Part shown: positions 37,387 to 47,024 of the stretch, piece by piece
Layout of the letters: every line of letters starts with the position of its first letter
Position numbering within the stretch: the first letter of the stretch is position 1
Source of the DNA: an uncultured Chloroflexia bacterium
Lineage (GTDB): Bacteria; Chloroflexota; UBA5177
Reading direction: 5' to 3'
DNA length: 64,000 nucleotides
NCBI GenBank assembly: GCA_963737125.1
Contig: CAVTRL010000001.1
Span: forward strand, 346,699-410,698
The notes under the pieces: generated by a model
Database searches by the model: none
The model's input: the letters and a program-made list of their open reading frames with translations, nothing else
Told to the model about the DNA's origin: nothing
Program-made: the position numbers and the translations under genes

Positions 37387-38910
37387 GTGACAGCACTGGT
37401 CGAAGATCTTCTCGTCGCAGATGGCGTCGTCAAGCGATACGGCCAGGTGCAGGCGCTCGTGGGCGCTGACTTCAACTGCCGGGCAGGTGAGATTCATGCC
37501 GTGTTGGGCGAGAACGGCGCCGGCAAAAGTACGCTTATTAAGGTTCTTGGTGGCACCGTGCGGCAAGACGCCGGCACGGTGCGGGTGGCCGGCGAGGAGC
37601 TTCCTCCCGGCCGCCCGCAAGCCGCGCTTTTGGCCGGAATCGTCGCGGTCTATCAAGAACTGAGCTTGATCCGCGATCTCACCGTGGCCGAAAACATTTT
37701 TCTGCTGCGTGAACCACTTCGCCCGTTGCGCTTGATCGATGGCGGAAGCGTCGTGCAGCGGACGTACGCGCTGTTTCGTGATCTCGGTATTAAAGGAATA
37801 GATCCGGATCGCCGTGCCGGGCAACTCAGTCTTGCCCAGAAGCAAGTGGTTGAGATCGCCAAGGCGGCGGCCCGCGATCCCCGGGTCCTCATTCTCGATG
37901 AACCGACATCCGCTCTGGCCGAGGCCGAGGTGGCATGGCTGCTGGATTTGATGAAACGATGGCGTGGTGAAGGCAAAGCTATCATCTTCATCTCGCACCG
38001 GTATGGGGAGGTGAAAGCAACTGCCGACCGGCTGTCCATCTACCGCAACGGCCAACGGGTTGCGGTGTACGCGGGTAATGAAGCCTCGGATACCGAAGTG
38101 ATTACTGCAATGTGCGGCCGGCCGGTTGAGACGCTGTTCCCGGATTTACCGCCGCTGCAGCCTGACGCTCCGATCACCCTCGAGGTGCGAGACGTATCGA
38201 GCCGTGAAGTGCGTGGAGTGTCGTTTGCCGCTCGCCGCGGTGAGATTCTGGGTGTTGGCGGTCTGGCGGGACAGGGGCAGTTAGACCTGTTCCTGTCACT
38301 CTTCGGCGCTTTACCTCATTCCGGACAGACTTCCTTGCACGGCCGCACTGTGCGTCTGAGACGGCCGCAGGATGCCGTGCGGGCGGGGGTTGGCATAGCG
38401 CTCGTACCGGCCGAGCGCAAAACTGAGGGGTTATTGCTGGCGCGGAGCGTTCGTGAAAATATGACTCTGCCCGCTATCGGTCTACTGTCACGGTTCGGCT
38501 TCGTGCAGCGCGGCCGCGAGCGTGAGCGCGTGCAGTCCATGATTCACACGCTGCATATCGCGGTGAGCAACGACGATGTACCCGTACGACAGCTCAGCGG
38601 GGGCAACCAGCAGAAGGTCGTGATCGGGAAGTGGCTGCTATCCGGAGCCTCGATTCTGCTGTTGTATGACGTGACGCGCGGCGTCGACGTCGCCACGAAG
38701 GCGCAGATCTATGGACTCATCATCGACGCGGTTTCCAACGGTGCAACCGTTCTCTTCTATTCCACCGATACGCAGGAAATGGTTCACCTTTGCCATCGCG
38801 TGCTAGTGATGTACGAGGGGCGGGTAGTACAAACGGTCGAGGGGAACGAGCTGAATGAACGTCAAATCGTCAGCGCGGCAATTGGACACGGCTCCGTGGG
38901 AGCCGCCTGA
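37387..38910 (+). CDS. Sugar ABC ATP-binding protein (RbsA-type, tandem NBD)
   Basis: GENGAGKST, VYQEL, ILDEPTS, IFISH; second NBD LSGGNQQK, LLYDVTRGVD. Confidence 0.93.
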   Translation: MTALVEDLLVADGVVKRYGQVQALVGADFNCRAGEIHAVLGENGAGKSTLIKVLGGTVRQDAGTVRVAGEELPPGRPQAALLAGIVAVYQELSLIRDLTVAENIFLLREPLRPLRLIDGGSVVQRTYALFRDLGIKGIDPDRRAGQLSLAQKQVVEIAKAAARDPRVLILDEPTSALAEAEVAWLLDLMKRWRGEGKAIIFISHRYGEVKATADRLSIYRNGQRVAVYAGNEASDTEVITAMCGRPVETLFPDLPPLQPDAPITLEVRDVSSREVRGVSFAARRGEILGVGGLAGQGQLDLFLSLFGALPHSGQTSLHGRTVRLRRPQDAVRAGVGIALVPAERKTEGLLLARSVRENMTLPAIGLLSRFGFVQRGRERERVQSMIHTLHIAVSNDDVPVRQLSGGNQQKVVIGKWLLSGASILLLYDVTRGVDVATKAQIYGLIIDAVSNGATVLFYSTDTQEMVHLCHRVLVMYEGRVVQTVEGNELNERQIVSAAIGHGSVGAA

Positions 38911-39904
38911 AACACCGCGCTCGGTCCGTCGGGGTCTACGCCGCCAGATCCGACTTCTGGATATATCTTTTGCGGTACCGGTTCTGATCCTGGCCGCACT
39001 GGTTGGGCTATACGTCTGGATGGAGCCGACCGTCTTTACCGGCGATACCCTGACATCCAATCTCAACGACGCGTTGCCGCTCGTGCTGGTCGCGGCCGGT
39101 CAAACACTGGTGATCATCGGCGGCGGCATCGACATCTCGGTGGGAGGAGTGGTGTCGCTGATCGATGTGCTTGCCGCCACCCACATTACGGGTAATTTGA
39201 ACGGTGCTTCGATGGCCCTCTGGACGGTGCTCTTCGTTGCCCTGGGAATCGCGATCGGTTCCATCAACGGGCTCTTGATCGGCCCGTTCGAGCTCTCGCC
39301 GGTGGTTGTTACCATCGCCACCTGGTCGATTTGCGGCGGCATCTCGCTGTTCATTCTGGCGTCCGCCGGCGGCTCCGTCACTCCGGCCTACAGCGATTTC
39401 TGGACGCTTACCTCGTGGGGAATTCCGCATGCCCTGATTGCAATCGTCGTACTGGTCGTCGCCTGGATAGCGTTCCGACGCACGCGTACCGGTATGACCG
39501 TCTACGCGGTGGGCAGTGACTCGGAGGCAGCCCGGCTCACGGGGGTGTCGGTGCGGCGGGCACGGTTTCTGACCTATGCTCTGTCCGGCGGCTGCAGTGC
39601 GCTGGCCGGACTCTTTCTGGCCGCCAATACATCCACCGGCGATCCGACGGTGGGACCTCCCTTTATCTTGAACTCCATCGCCGCTGTGGTTATCGGCGGT
39701 ACTGCTATCACTGGCGGCCGAGGCGGAATCTCGCGGAGCGTCTTTGGCGCGTTGATCTTCATCGTGATCGGCGATGTCATCTTCGCCGCCAATGCTTCCT
39801 CGTATCTCACGCCGCTCATCACCGGTCTGGTTCTCCTCGCCGTGGTGGTGGTAAACGCGCTTGCGCCGATCGCGGCAGCAGCGTTGCGCGGATCGCGCCC
39901 GTGA
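38855..39904 (+). CDS. Sugar ABC permease (RbsC-type)
   Basis: GQTLVIIGGGIDISVG, VYAVGSDSEAARLTG, LNSIAAVVIGG. Exact start uncertain. Confidence 0.9.
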   Translation: MNVKSSARQLDTAPWEPPETPRSVRRGLRRQIRLLDISFAVPVLILAALVGLYVWMEPTVFTGDTLTSNLNDALPLVLVAAGQTLVIIGGGIDISVGGVVSLIDVLAATHITGNLNGASMALWTVLFVALGIAIGSINGLLIGPFELSPVVVTIATWSICGGISLFILASAGGSVTPAYSDFWTLTSWGIPHALIAIVVLVVAWIAFRRTRTGMTVYAVGSDSEAARLTGVSVRRARFLTYALSGGCSALAGLFLAANTSTGDPTVGPPFILNSIAAVVIGGTAITGGRGGISRSVFGALIFIVIGDVIFAANASSYLTPLITGLVLLAVVVVNALAPIAAAALRGSRP

Positions 39905-40868
39905 GTTCGACAGGTCTCCTACCCGGCAGGGTGCGGGTGCTCGGGCAACGCCATTTCGCGATTCTGGCGGTGTATGTCTTTGCGCTCGCCCTCTTTCTAG
40001 CCACCGGCCTGGTGTCACCATCCTTCCTGCGGCCGGACCACTTCTCCACTTCAATCGTTCTCGCCTCGTTTTGGGCATCCTGGCAATATCCCAGACGCTG
40101 GTCATACTCCTCGGCGGGATCGACCTTTCGGTTCCATGGACCATCACGACTGCCGCAATCATGGTGGGAACCATTGGAACGTCGCGCGGACTTCCGATCG
40201 CCATTGCCGCGGCTCTCGGAGTCTGTATACTCGTCGGGCTGGCAAACGGTATCGGTATCACGGTGCTCGGACTATCGCCGATCATCATGACGCTTGCCAT
40301 GAACGGCATCGAACAGGGAGCGGTCTCTACCTGGACCGGTGGAAGCGGCTTCGTCACGGCGCCCCATTCGCTTATCGTGGCGATTAATGGATCGCTCCTA
40401 GGTATTCCCACCATGGTGTTCGTGTGGGCGGTACTGGCAGCGTTGACCGTTGCTCTGCTCACCCTGACGAGCTATGGCCGGCGCCTCTATGCAACCGGCT
40501 CCAACATTCGCGTCGCCTACCTCTCTGGCGTCAACGTTCGGCTGGTAGTGATTGCGGCTTACGTGCTCAGCGCGGTGGTGGCGGGACTGGACGGCATTTT
40601 TCTGGCGGGATACGTGACGCAGAGTTATATCGGAATGGGTGACACATACCTGTTTCCATCGATTGCCGCGGTGGTCGTGGGCGGTGTATCCATCTACGGC
40701 GGTCAGGGAGGGTACATCGGTCCGCTCGGGGGCGCACTGGTATTGACGCTACTCGACTTTTTGCTGGCGGCGTTAGGTCTTGCGACCAACACCCAGCAGA
40801 TCGTGTTTGGCGGCGTCCTGCTTGCGGCCATTGCAATTCCCCGGCTGCGCGGCGCGTCCGTGGAGTAA
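39901..40868 (+). pseudogene. Sugar ABC permease (RbsC-type) split by a homopolymer frameshift
   Basis: ORF 39901-40290 (first TM, ...IVLASF) joins LGILAISQTLVILLGGIDLS if the T4 run at 40069-40072 were T5. The rest is intact (YATGSN, SIAAVVVGG). Confidence 0.8.
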
Positions 40869-40873
40869 TCGAG

Positions 40874-41731
40874 TTGACCGTACAGGAACCGGGTACCCGA
40901 TTGGCGATGAGCCAGGTGACGACCCTCAACTGGTCGTTCCAGACCGACGTGGCAGAGTATGCCAGGCACGGCTGGAAAGGCATAGAGGTCTGGTTGCACA
41001 AGCTCATGCCGCCGGGACGCCGCTACGATGCCATGCCCGAACAACCCGTACCGGATGACACCATCGCCCAGGCGCGGGCAGCGATCGATCGGGCCGGCTT
41101 AACTGTCTCCGGCGTGGTACTTTCCGGCGGCTATACAGACCCGAACCCGGACGTTCGGAAGTGTCAAATCGAGCATACGAATTGGAGCCTGGCGACCTGC
41201 CGCACCCTGGGAACCGATTGTTTGCTGATCGTTCCCGGCGCAACGGGAGGGCTGTCTCGTTCACTGGCGAGGGAGTTCACCGTCGACTGTCTGCGCGCCG
41301 TTGCTCCGGTTGCCCATGCACAGGGTGTGCGATTGGCCATTGAGCCCCTACATCCCCGCCACTGCGACTTCATCAACACGATTGGCGAAGCGCTGGAGAT
41401 TGTGGAAGCGGTGGATGATCTGTCATGCGGAGTATTCATCGACACCTATCAGGTGTGGGAGACGCCACATCTGATGGAGGAGATCGCACGGGCGGGGCAT
41501 CGGGTGTTTGGCGTGCACCTGGCGGACGCGCTTGTCCATCCGCGCTCACTCGAAGACCGGCGAATTCCGGGTGAGGGTGAGCTGCCACTTCGGCGCATGA
41601 TCGAAGCGATCGAGGCGACCGGCTATACTGGCCCTTACGCGCTGGAGCTTATGTCTCCCGCGCTCTGGAAATCCGACTACGGTGAGCTGCTGGATCGATG
41701 CGCTGATGCGGCCGGCCTGCTCCTGGTGTGA
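40874..41731 (+). CDS. Sugar phosphate isomerase/epimerase (IolE/IolI-like TIM barrel)
   Basis: [44 protein letters not shown]. Confidence 0.85.
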   Translation: MTVQEPGTRLAMSQVTTLNWSFQTDVAEYARHGWKGIEVWLHKLMPPGRRYDAMPEQPVPDDTIAQARAAIDRAGLTVSGVVLSGGYTDPNPDVRKCQIEHTNWSLATCRTLGTDCLLIVPGATGGLSRSLAREFTVDCLRAVAPVAHAQGVRLAIEPLHPRHCDFINTIGEALEIVEAVDDLSCGVFIDTYQVWETPHLMEEIARAGHRVFGVHLADALVHPRSLEDRRIPGEGELPLRRMIEAIEATGYTGPYALELMSPALWKSDYGELLDRCADAAGLLLV

Positions 41732-42516
41732 AGCTGATGCACACATTCAATTTTGAAGGGCGGGGAATTGTCGTTCTGGGTGCGGGTTCCGGCATTGGCC
41801 AGGTAATAGCCTCCGAGTTTGCGGGAGCCGGCGCTCACCTTGCCATGAGCTATATCGCGGGTGAAACCGGCGCGCACGAAGTAGCGCGGACTGCTGAGCG
41901 CTCGGGCCGGCGGTCGGCCGTGGTACACGTCGATAGTCGGGACATCGACCAGGTTCGAGCCTTCGTCGACGAAGCATTCACGGTGCTCGGCGCTCCCGAG
42001 GTCTTCATCTACAATGCCGGAATTACTGAACCGCATTCCGTGTTGGATATGACGGAAGACGAATGGGATCGGACGCTGGATATCAACCTCAAGGCGATGT
42101 TTTTCTTCTGCCAACGTGCGGCGCAGCGCCTGCGAGAGGTCGACCGGCCGGCCGCAGTGGTTCTCATCAGCTCGGTCCACAGCCGGGGCGCCTTTCCCGG
42201 TCACGCGCACTATGCGGCCAGTAAGGCCGCTATCAACCAGATGACCAGGGTGCTCGCCCTTGAGCTGGCGCCGGCCATCAGAGTCAACGCGATCGCGCCC
42301 GGCGCTATTTACACCGAGCGTGCGCGGCGCGAAGCATTGTACGATCCGCAGGACATGGCGTCATACATTCCACTCAAGCGAGTGGGGACGCCGGCCGATA
42401 TCGCGCAGAGTGCTCTCTTTCTGGCATCTCCGCACGCCTCGTACATTACCGGCCAGACCATCTTCGTCGATGGCGGCCTGCTGCTTCCGATGCAATTGCC
42501 CGGTGGCCAGCGCTGA
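41728..42516 (+). CDS. Short-chain dehydrogenase/reductase
   Basis: [43 protein letters not shown]. Confidence 0.9.
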   Translation: MKLMHTFNFEGRGIVVLGAGSGIGQVIASEFAGAGAHLAMSYIAGETGAHEVARTAERSGRRSAVVHVDSRDIDQVRAFVDEAFTVLGAPEVFIYNAGITEPHSVLDMTEDEWDRTLDINLKAMFFFCQRAAQRLREVDRPAAVVLISSVHSRGAFPGHAHYAASKAAINQMTRVLALELAPAIRVNAIAPGAIYTERARREALYDPQDMASYIPLKRVGTPADIAQSALFLASPHASYITGQTIFVDGGLLLPMQLPGGQR

Positions 42517-42526
42517 GCTACCAGCA

Positions 42527-43516
42527 CTACCGGGATCGCTCCGCGCGTCCTCGTACTGCATAGCGCACCGCCCGTTCTACATCCTCCACCTGAGGAATAA
42601 GCGCTTCCATCAACGGCGGGCTGTGAGGGATAGGAGCGTGATCGGCGCCAACCCGCAGCACGGGACCGTCCAGGAAATCGAAGACCGCTTCCTGGGCCGA
42701 TGCTGCCACTTCGGAGGCGATGCTTCCATTGCGTGGCGCTTCGCCCGCTACGATCAGCCGGTTAGTCTTTCGTACCGACGCCTCAACAGTATCCAGATCG
42801 AGGGGGAACGGCGTCCGTAAATCGATGACTTCGATCTCGATGCCCTGCTCCGCCAGGTTTTCGGCGGCCTTCAGTGCCTTGCTGACCATGATGGCGTACG
42901 CCGCCACGGTGGCGTCCTTGCCCTCGCGCACGACCGCCGCACGCCCGAAGGGAACCAGGTCGTCCGGTCCCCCAACCGGTCCTCGGGCCGCCGTCAGCAT
43001 CTTGTGCATCAAGAAAATTACCGGGTCATCGCCTCGAAGCGCCGATTTGATGAGGCCCTTGGTGTCCGCCGGTGTGGCCGGTGTGGCGACGAGCAGTCCC
43101 GGCATGTGCGAGAACCAGGCCTCCAGGCTGTTGTTGTGCTGAGCGGCTCCGAAGGCAACGCCGGCGGTTCCACGGATCACCAGGGGAGCCGGGGCTCCCC
43201 ACATATAGCGCACTTTAGCCGCCTGGTTGATAACCTCGTCCATGCCGCCGAAGACGAAGTCGATAAAATTGAGGTCGACGATGGGACGCATACCGTTCAG
43301 CGCGGCGCCTACACCGGCTGCCAGCATGGCCGCTTCCGAGATCGGGGCATCCCGGATTCGCTCCGGGCCGAACTCCGCTCCAAGGCCCTTGACCTGAGCC
43401 CAGTGACCACCTCGCTCGTACAAATCCGTGCCCATCACAAAGATCGTTGGGTCGCGCTTCATCTCTTCGCTCACGCCTTGTTGGAAGGCCTGCGAAAGGG
43501 TTGCAGGAGCGATCAT
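42527..43516 (-). CDS. TPP-dependent 2-oxoacid/acetoin dehydrogenase E1 beta subunit
   Basis: MKRDPTIFVMGTD, RIRDAPISEA, GMRPIVDLNFIDF, NQAAK, AAQHNNSLE, EVIDLR, PVLRVG. Confidence 0.93.
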   Translation of the reverse strand: MIAPATLSQAFQQGVSEEMKRDPTIFVMGTDLYERGGHWAQVKGLGAEFGPERIRDAPISEAAMLAAGVGAALNGMRPIVDLNFIDFVFGGMDEVINQAAKVRYMWGAPAPLVIRGTAGVAFGAAQHNNSLEAWFSHMPGLLVATPATPADTKGLIKSALRGDDPVIFLMHKMLTAARGPVGGPDDLVPFGRAAVVREGKDATVAAYAIMVSKALKAAENLAEQGIEIEVIDLRTPFPLDLDTVEASVRKTNRLIVAGEAPRNGSIASEVAASAQEAVFDFLDGPVLRVGADHAPIPHSPPLMEALIPQVEDVERAVRYAVRGRAERSR

Positions 43517-44976
43517 ATATTTCTCCTGACGTGGGTTTCCAATCCTGTTACGTTGTCGAGGGCCGTGGAAGGATCCGGCCAGGGAGACTTCTCGGCGAAG
43601 TCGATTGCATCCTGTACGACGGCCTGAATGCGTTGGTTCAGCTCAGTGAACTGCGTCTCGTCGAGCATATCTTTGCTCGCCAGTGTGTGCTGAAGACGAG
43701 CGATCGGGTCTTTGGTGCGACGCCACATCTCGACCTCATCCTGTTTCCGGTACGTTCCTCGGTCGCCGGTGTTATGTCCCTGATAGCGGTACGTGAGCCC
43801 CTCGATGAACGTGGGGCCTTCCCCGCGTCGGGCTCGGTCGCGTGCGTCGGAGACGGCGCGGTACACGGCTGCTACGTCCTGGCCATCCACTTGAATCGCC
43901 GGCAAACCAAATCCGGCTGCTCGGCGGGCAATACTGTCACCGGCCATGGCCCGACCCACGTACGTTTCCACGGCGTACAGATTGTTCTCGCAGAAGATGA
44001 TGAGAGGCAGTTTCCAGAGAGCTGCAAGATTGATGGATTCCCAGATGCGTCCGGTGTTCGCCCCTCCGTCGCCAAAGAATCCCAACGCGACCTGGTCGAG
44101 TCCACGCATCTTGGCGGCAAGCGAGGCGCCCATCGCGATGCCGAGACCGCCGCCGACTATGCCGTTGGAGCCAAAGAGGCCAATCGAGAAGTCGGCCAGA
44201 TGCATGTGCCCCGCGCGGCCGCCCCGGCCACCCGTGGCCTTGCCGTAGAGCTCCGCCATGATCGAGCGCGGTGTGAGCCCTTTGGCCAGGCTGTGATGGT
44301 GACTTCGATGGCTGCTCGTCACGATATCGGTGGGAGCAAGGGCGCGGATCGCTCCGACCGCGGTCGCCTCTTGCCCGGCGGCGGAGTGCATTCCCCCGGG
44401 TATCTTGCCCGCGTAGGCCAGCGGGTCTGAAGCATTTTCGAACTCTCGAATCAATACCATGGCCTCGAGCCACTCCACCAGCGTGTCCCGACCGATGCCT
44501 TCGACGTCGATCTCGAGGAGAGTATCTGTCTCCTCGTGTTTCAATAGCACCGGTTCGTAGTGTGCTGGGATACCCTGGGCTACGGGTTGTGCTCCATCGT
44601 CGCGCACCATTTCCGGGGGCAGATCGATTGGCTCGACGGACGGGAGCTTCTGGCCGTGCCCTGCATCCACGTATGCGGACTCCGGAACGAGATCGGCCAC
44701 TGCGTCCGCCGACGAGCCGTTAGTCGACCCGTCCGAGGCACCATCCTCGAGGACGCGGACCAGTACGGCGCCGGTGGGCACCATATTCCCCGGTTCGAAC
44801 AGATGCGGCCCCAAATGACCGGCGCGAGGGCTCTCAACTTCGACGTTTGACTTATCGGTCTCGATTTCGGCGACTGCTTCGCCAGCCTCGACGGGATCGC
44901 CTGAATCCTTGAGCCAGCGCAGCAGGAGGCCTTCCGTCATAGCCATTCCCAGCGCCGGCATCACAATGTCTTCCAT
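43513..44976 (-). CDS. Lipoyl domain fused to TPP-dependent dehydrogenase E1 alpha subunit
   Basis: MPALGMAMTEG...EIETDKSNVE (lipoyl Lys), acidic linker, then IREFE, HSAAGQEA, SHRSH, NGIVGGG, FFGDGG, FCENNLYA, TYRYQGH. Confidence 0.92.
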   Translation of the reverse strand: MEDIVMPALGMAMTEGLLLRWLKDSGDPVEAGEAVAEIETDKSNVEVESPRAGHLGPHLFEPGNMVPTGAVLVRVLEDGASDGSTNGSSADAVADLVPESAYVDAGHGQKLPSVEPIDLPPEMVRDDGAQPVAQGIPAHYEPVLLKHEETDTLLEIDVEGIGRDTLVEWLEAMVLIREFENASDPLAYAGKIPGGMHSAAGQEATAVGAIRALAPTDIVTSSHRSHHHSLAKGLTPRSIMAELYGKATGGRGGRAGHMHLADFSIGLFGSNGIVGGGLGIAMGASLAAKMRGLDQVALGFFGDGGANTGRIWESINLAALWKLPLIIFCENNLYAVETYVGRAMAGDSIARRAAGFGLPAIQVDGQDVAAVYRAVSDARDRARRGEGPTFIEGLTYRYQGHNTGDRGTYRKQDEVEMWRRTKDPIARLQHTLASKDMLDETQFTELNQRIQAVVQDAIDFAEKSPWPDPSTALDNVTGLETHVRRNI

Positions 44977-44983
44977 GATTTCC

Positions 44984-45952
44984 TTACCTTCTCGATAATC
45001 GCAAGCTCGCCAGGAACACCGTTGCGAGCAAAATAATCCCATACGAGATCTGGACATCGGCGCTGCCCAGTCCGAACAGCGGCAGGATGGCGGCGACCAG
45101 CGTGAGAATCAAAGCACCGGCGACCGTACCGACATAATGGCCTTCACCTCCCAGGATCGAAGCGCCGCCAACGGCGACCGCAACCGCCGCCGAGAACAGA
45201 TATTGATCCCCCATCGTGAGAAATGCCTGGCCGGTGTACCCCATGACGAGTAGCCCGGAGAGCGCGGCGCCCACCGCCGAAATGACATAGGGAACCACCA
45301 GAATGCGCTTGACCGGAACTCCCGCCAGGTAGGCGGCGCTGCGATTAGTCCCGATGGCGTAAAGCTGTCGGCCAAAGGTCGTCCAGGAGAGTAAAGCCAG
45401 TCCAATCACGATCACGACGATCCAGACGATGATGTCATTCGGTATGCCAAGCGTGCTTCCCACCACGAAATTGATCAGCGCGCTTGGCGGTGACGATGAA
45501 AAGCCTCCACCGGTGTAGACCAGCAGCAGTCCCTGCAGCGCGCCATTGGTCCCTAACGTCATGATGATGGGTGGCACTCCCGCATAGGCGATGCCGATGC
45601 CGTTGAAGAGGCCGACGCCGACTGCCAGTACCAACACCAACACAATCGCTCCGGGAAGCTTGGATGACTCTCCTCCGGCAATGATCGAAGTGAGTACCGC
45701 GGAGCCGGTGAGAGTCCATGGAACGGATAGATCTATGCCGCCGGTCAGAATACACATGGTCTGACCGAGCCCGGCGATCCCGATGAAGGAGCTGTACACG
45801 ATGATGTCGCGGATGTGGCTCTGGCTCGCGAAATCCGCTGAATGCACCGTGCCGGCGACGAAGAGCACCAGTACGACGAGGTAGCTCAACAGGATTGCGC
45901 TGTTTCGTCGGGCGTATTGGCCGAATCCACGGCTGTGCGTTGATAACTGCAT
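44984..45952 (-). CDS. Sugar ABC permease (RbsC-type)
   Basis: GQTMCILTGGIDLSV, FGRQLYAIGTN, AVAVAVGGASILGG. Confidence 0.9.
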   Translation of the reverse strand: MQLSTHSRGFGQYARRNSAILLSYLVVLVLFVAGTVHSADFASQSHIRDIIVYSSFIGIAGLGQTMCILTGGIDLSVPWTLTGSAVLTSIIAGGESSKLPGAIVLVLVLAVGVGLFNGIGIAYAGVPPIIMTLGTNGALQGLLLVYTGGGFSSSPPSALINFVVGSTLGIPNDIIVWIVVIVIGLALLSWTTFGRQLYAIGTNRSAAYLAGVPVKRILVVPYVISAVGAALSGLLVMGYTGQAFLTMGDQYLFSAAVAVAVGGASILGGEGHYVGTVAGALILTLVAAILPLFGLGSADVQISYGIILLATVFLASLRLSRR

Positions 45953-45962
45953 GGTGTGTGAC

Positions 45963-47024
45963 CTACCGCGCAGCGCGAAGCTGCAGGACAATCGAACTGA
46001 TCGTGACGGCGACAATCAGGAGAAAGCCTTGAAAGAAGACGCTCCAGAACGACGCTAAATTGAGGGCGAAGATTGCATCCGGAATCATAAGGAGGGCGAT
46101 TGCTCCAATGATGGTGCGGGCGCCGGAGCCGATACCGCCAAAAATGCTGGTCCCGCCGACGACCACCGCGGCGACGGAATTCAGGATGAACTGATCGCCG
46201 GCATTCGGAGCACCGGAGGCGGTGGTGGCCGTAACCCACACGCCGGCGGCGGCGGCCAGTGCGCCGGAAAGCAGATACACCTGGACTTTGCGCCGGATCA
46301 ACGGCAATCCGATCAAGCGCGCTCTTCCCTCATCGCTTCCGATCGCCTTGAGATCCATCACGAATCTCGTGTTGCGTAACCAGAGCCAGAGGAGGAAGAG
46401 CAGCGCGACCGCCCAAACCGACTTTGGGATGCCGAAGAAGGCGCCGGCCACGTCGGTCGACAACTGGGCGGGTGGCGTGCCTCCCTCGGTGGGTAAGACT
46501 TTGAGAGCTACGCCGTCCCATATGGACCAGGTCGCGAGCGTGACTATGAACGGCTGCAGCCGGCTCGTGGCGATCACGATTCCGTTGAGGCTTCCCAGCG
46601 CCGCACCCAGCAGAATGAGGAGAAGTATTTCCAGAATGAGCCCTGGACCGCTGTACTGTCCGTGGGTAGCGAGAATAGCAGTGGTGAGGCTGAGAACGCC
46701 TCCCACCGACAAGTCGATGCCTCGCGTGAAAATGGCAAACGTCTGTCCCAGGGCAACCAATGCCAGAGGAAGAACGGCCGACGCACGTACGTCGACCGAT
46801 CCGCTGCCGATCAACAGGCTCTTCTGCAGCGTGTAGATCACAATGCCCAACACGAGGACATAGATGAAGGGCATCACCGCCACGATATCGATCCGCGACA
46901 GGTAGGAAAGGTATGAACCGGGGAGTGCCGCTACCGGACCGTTCGCGAGTGCCGGTGGACCGCCCGAATCGATCGTGCCTTCCGGTCCGGCGGTGCCGGC
47001 GGGCTCGCGATCGATGTCGTTCAT
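45963..47024 (-). CDS. Sugar ABC permease (RbsC-type)
   Basis: GQTFAIFTRGIDLSVG, KAIGSDEGRARLIG, LNSVAAVVVGGT; ATG 47024 overlaps the ATPase stop. Confidence 0.9.
   Translation of the reverse strand: MNDIDREPAGTAGPEGTIDSGGPPALANGPVAALPGSYLSYLSRIDIVAVMPFIYVLVLGIVIYTLQKSLLIGSGSVDVRASAVLPLALVALGQTFAIFTRGIDLSVGGVLSLTTAILATHGQYSGPGLILEILLLILLGAALGSLNGIVIATSRLQPFIVTLATWSIWDGVALKVLPTEGGTPPAQLSTDVAGAFFGIPKSVWAVALLFLLWLWLRNTRFVMDLKAIGSDEGRARLIGLPLIRRKVQVYLLSGALAAAAGVWVTATTASGAPNAGDQFILNSVAAVVVGGTSIFGGIGSGARTIIGAIALLMIPDAIFALNLASFWSVFFQGFLLIVAVTISSIVLQLRAAR

Noticed and set aside
13880-40080. Programmed ribosomal frameshifting at the three split genes
   Set aside because: No X-XXY-YYZ slippery heptamers or stimulatory structures seen; these families are not known to recode; single-base sequencing errors or recent mutation explain them.
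39008-40462. Long antisense ORF (484 aa), and similar ones such as 43447-44430 (+), 50212-51090 (-), 36419-37396 (-), 52210-53103 (+)
   Set aside because: GC-rich shadow frames opposite well-supported genes, with no domain motifs.
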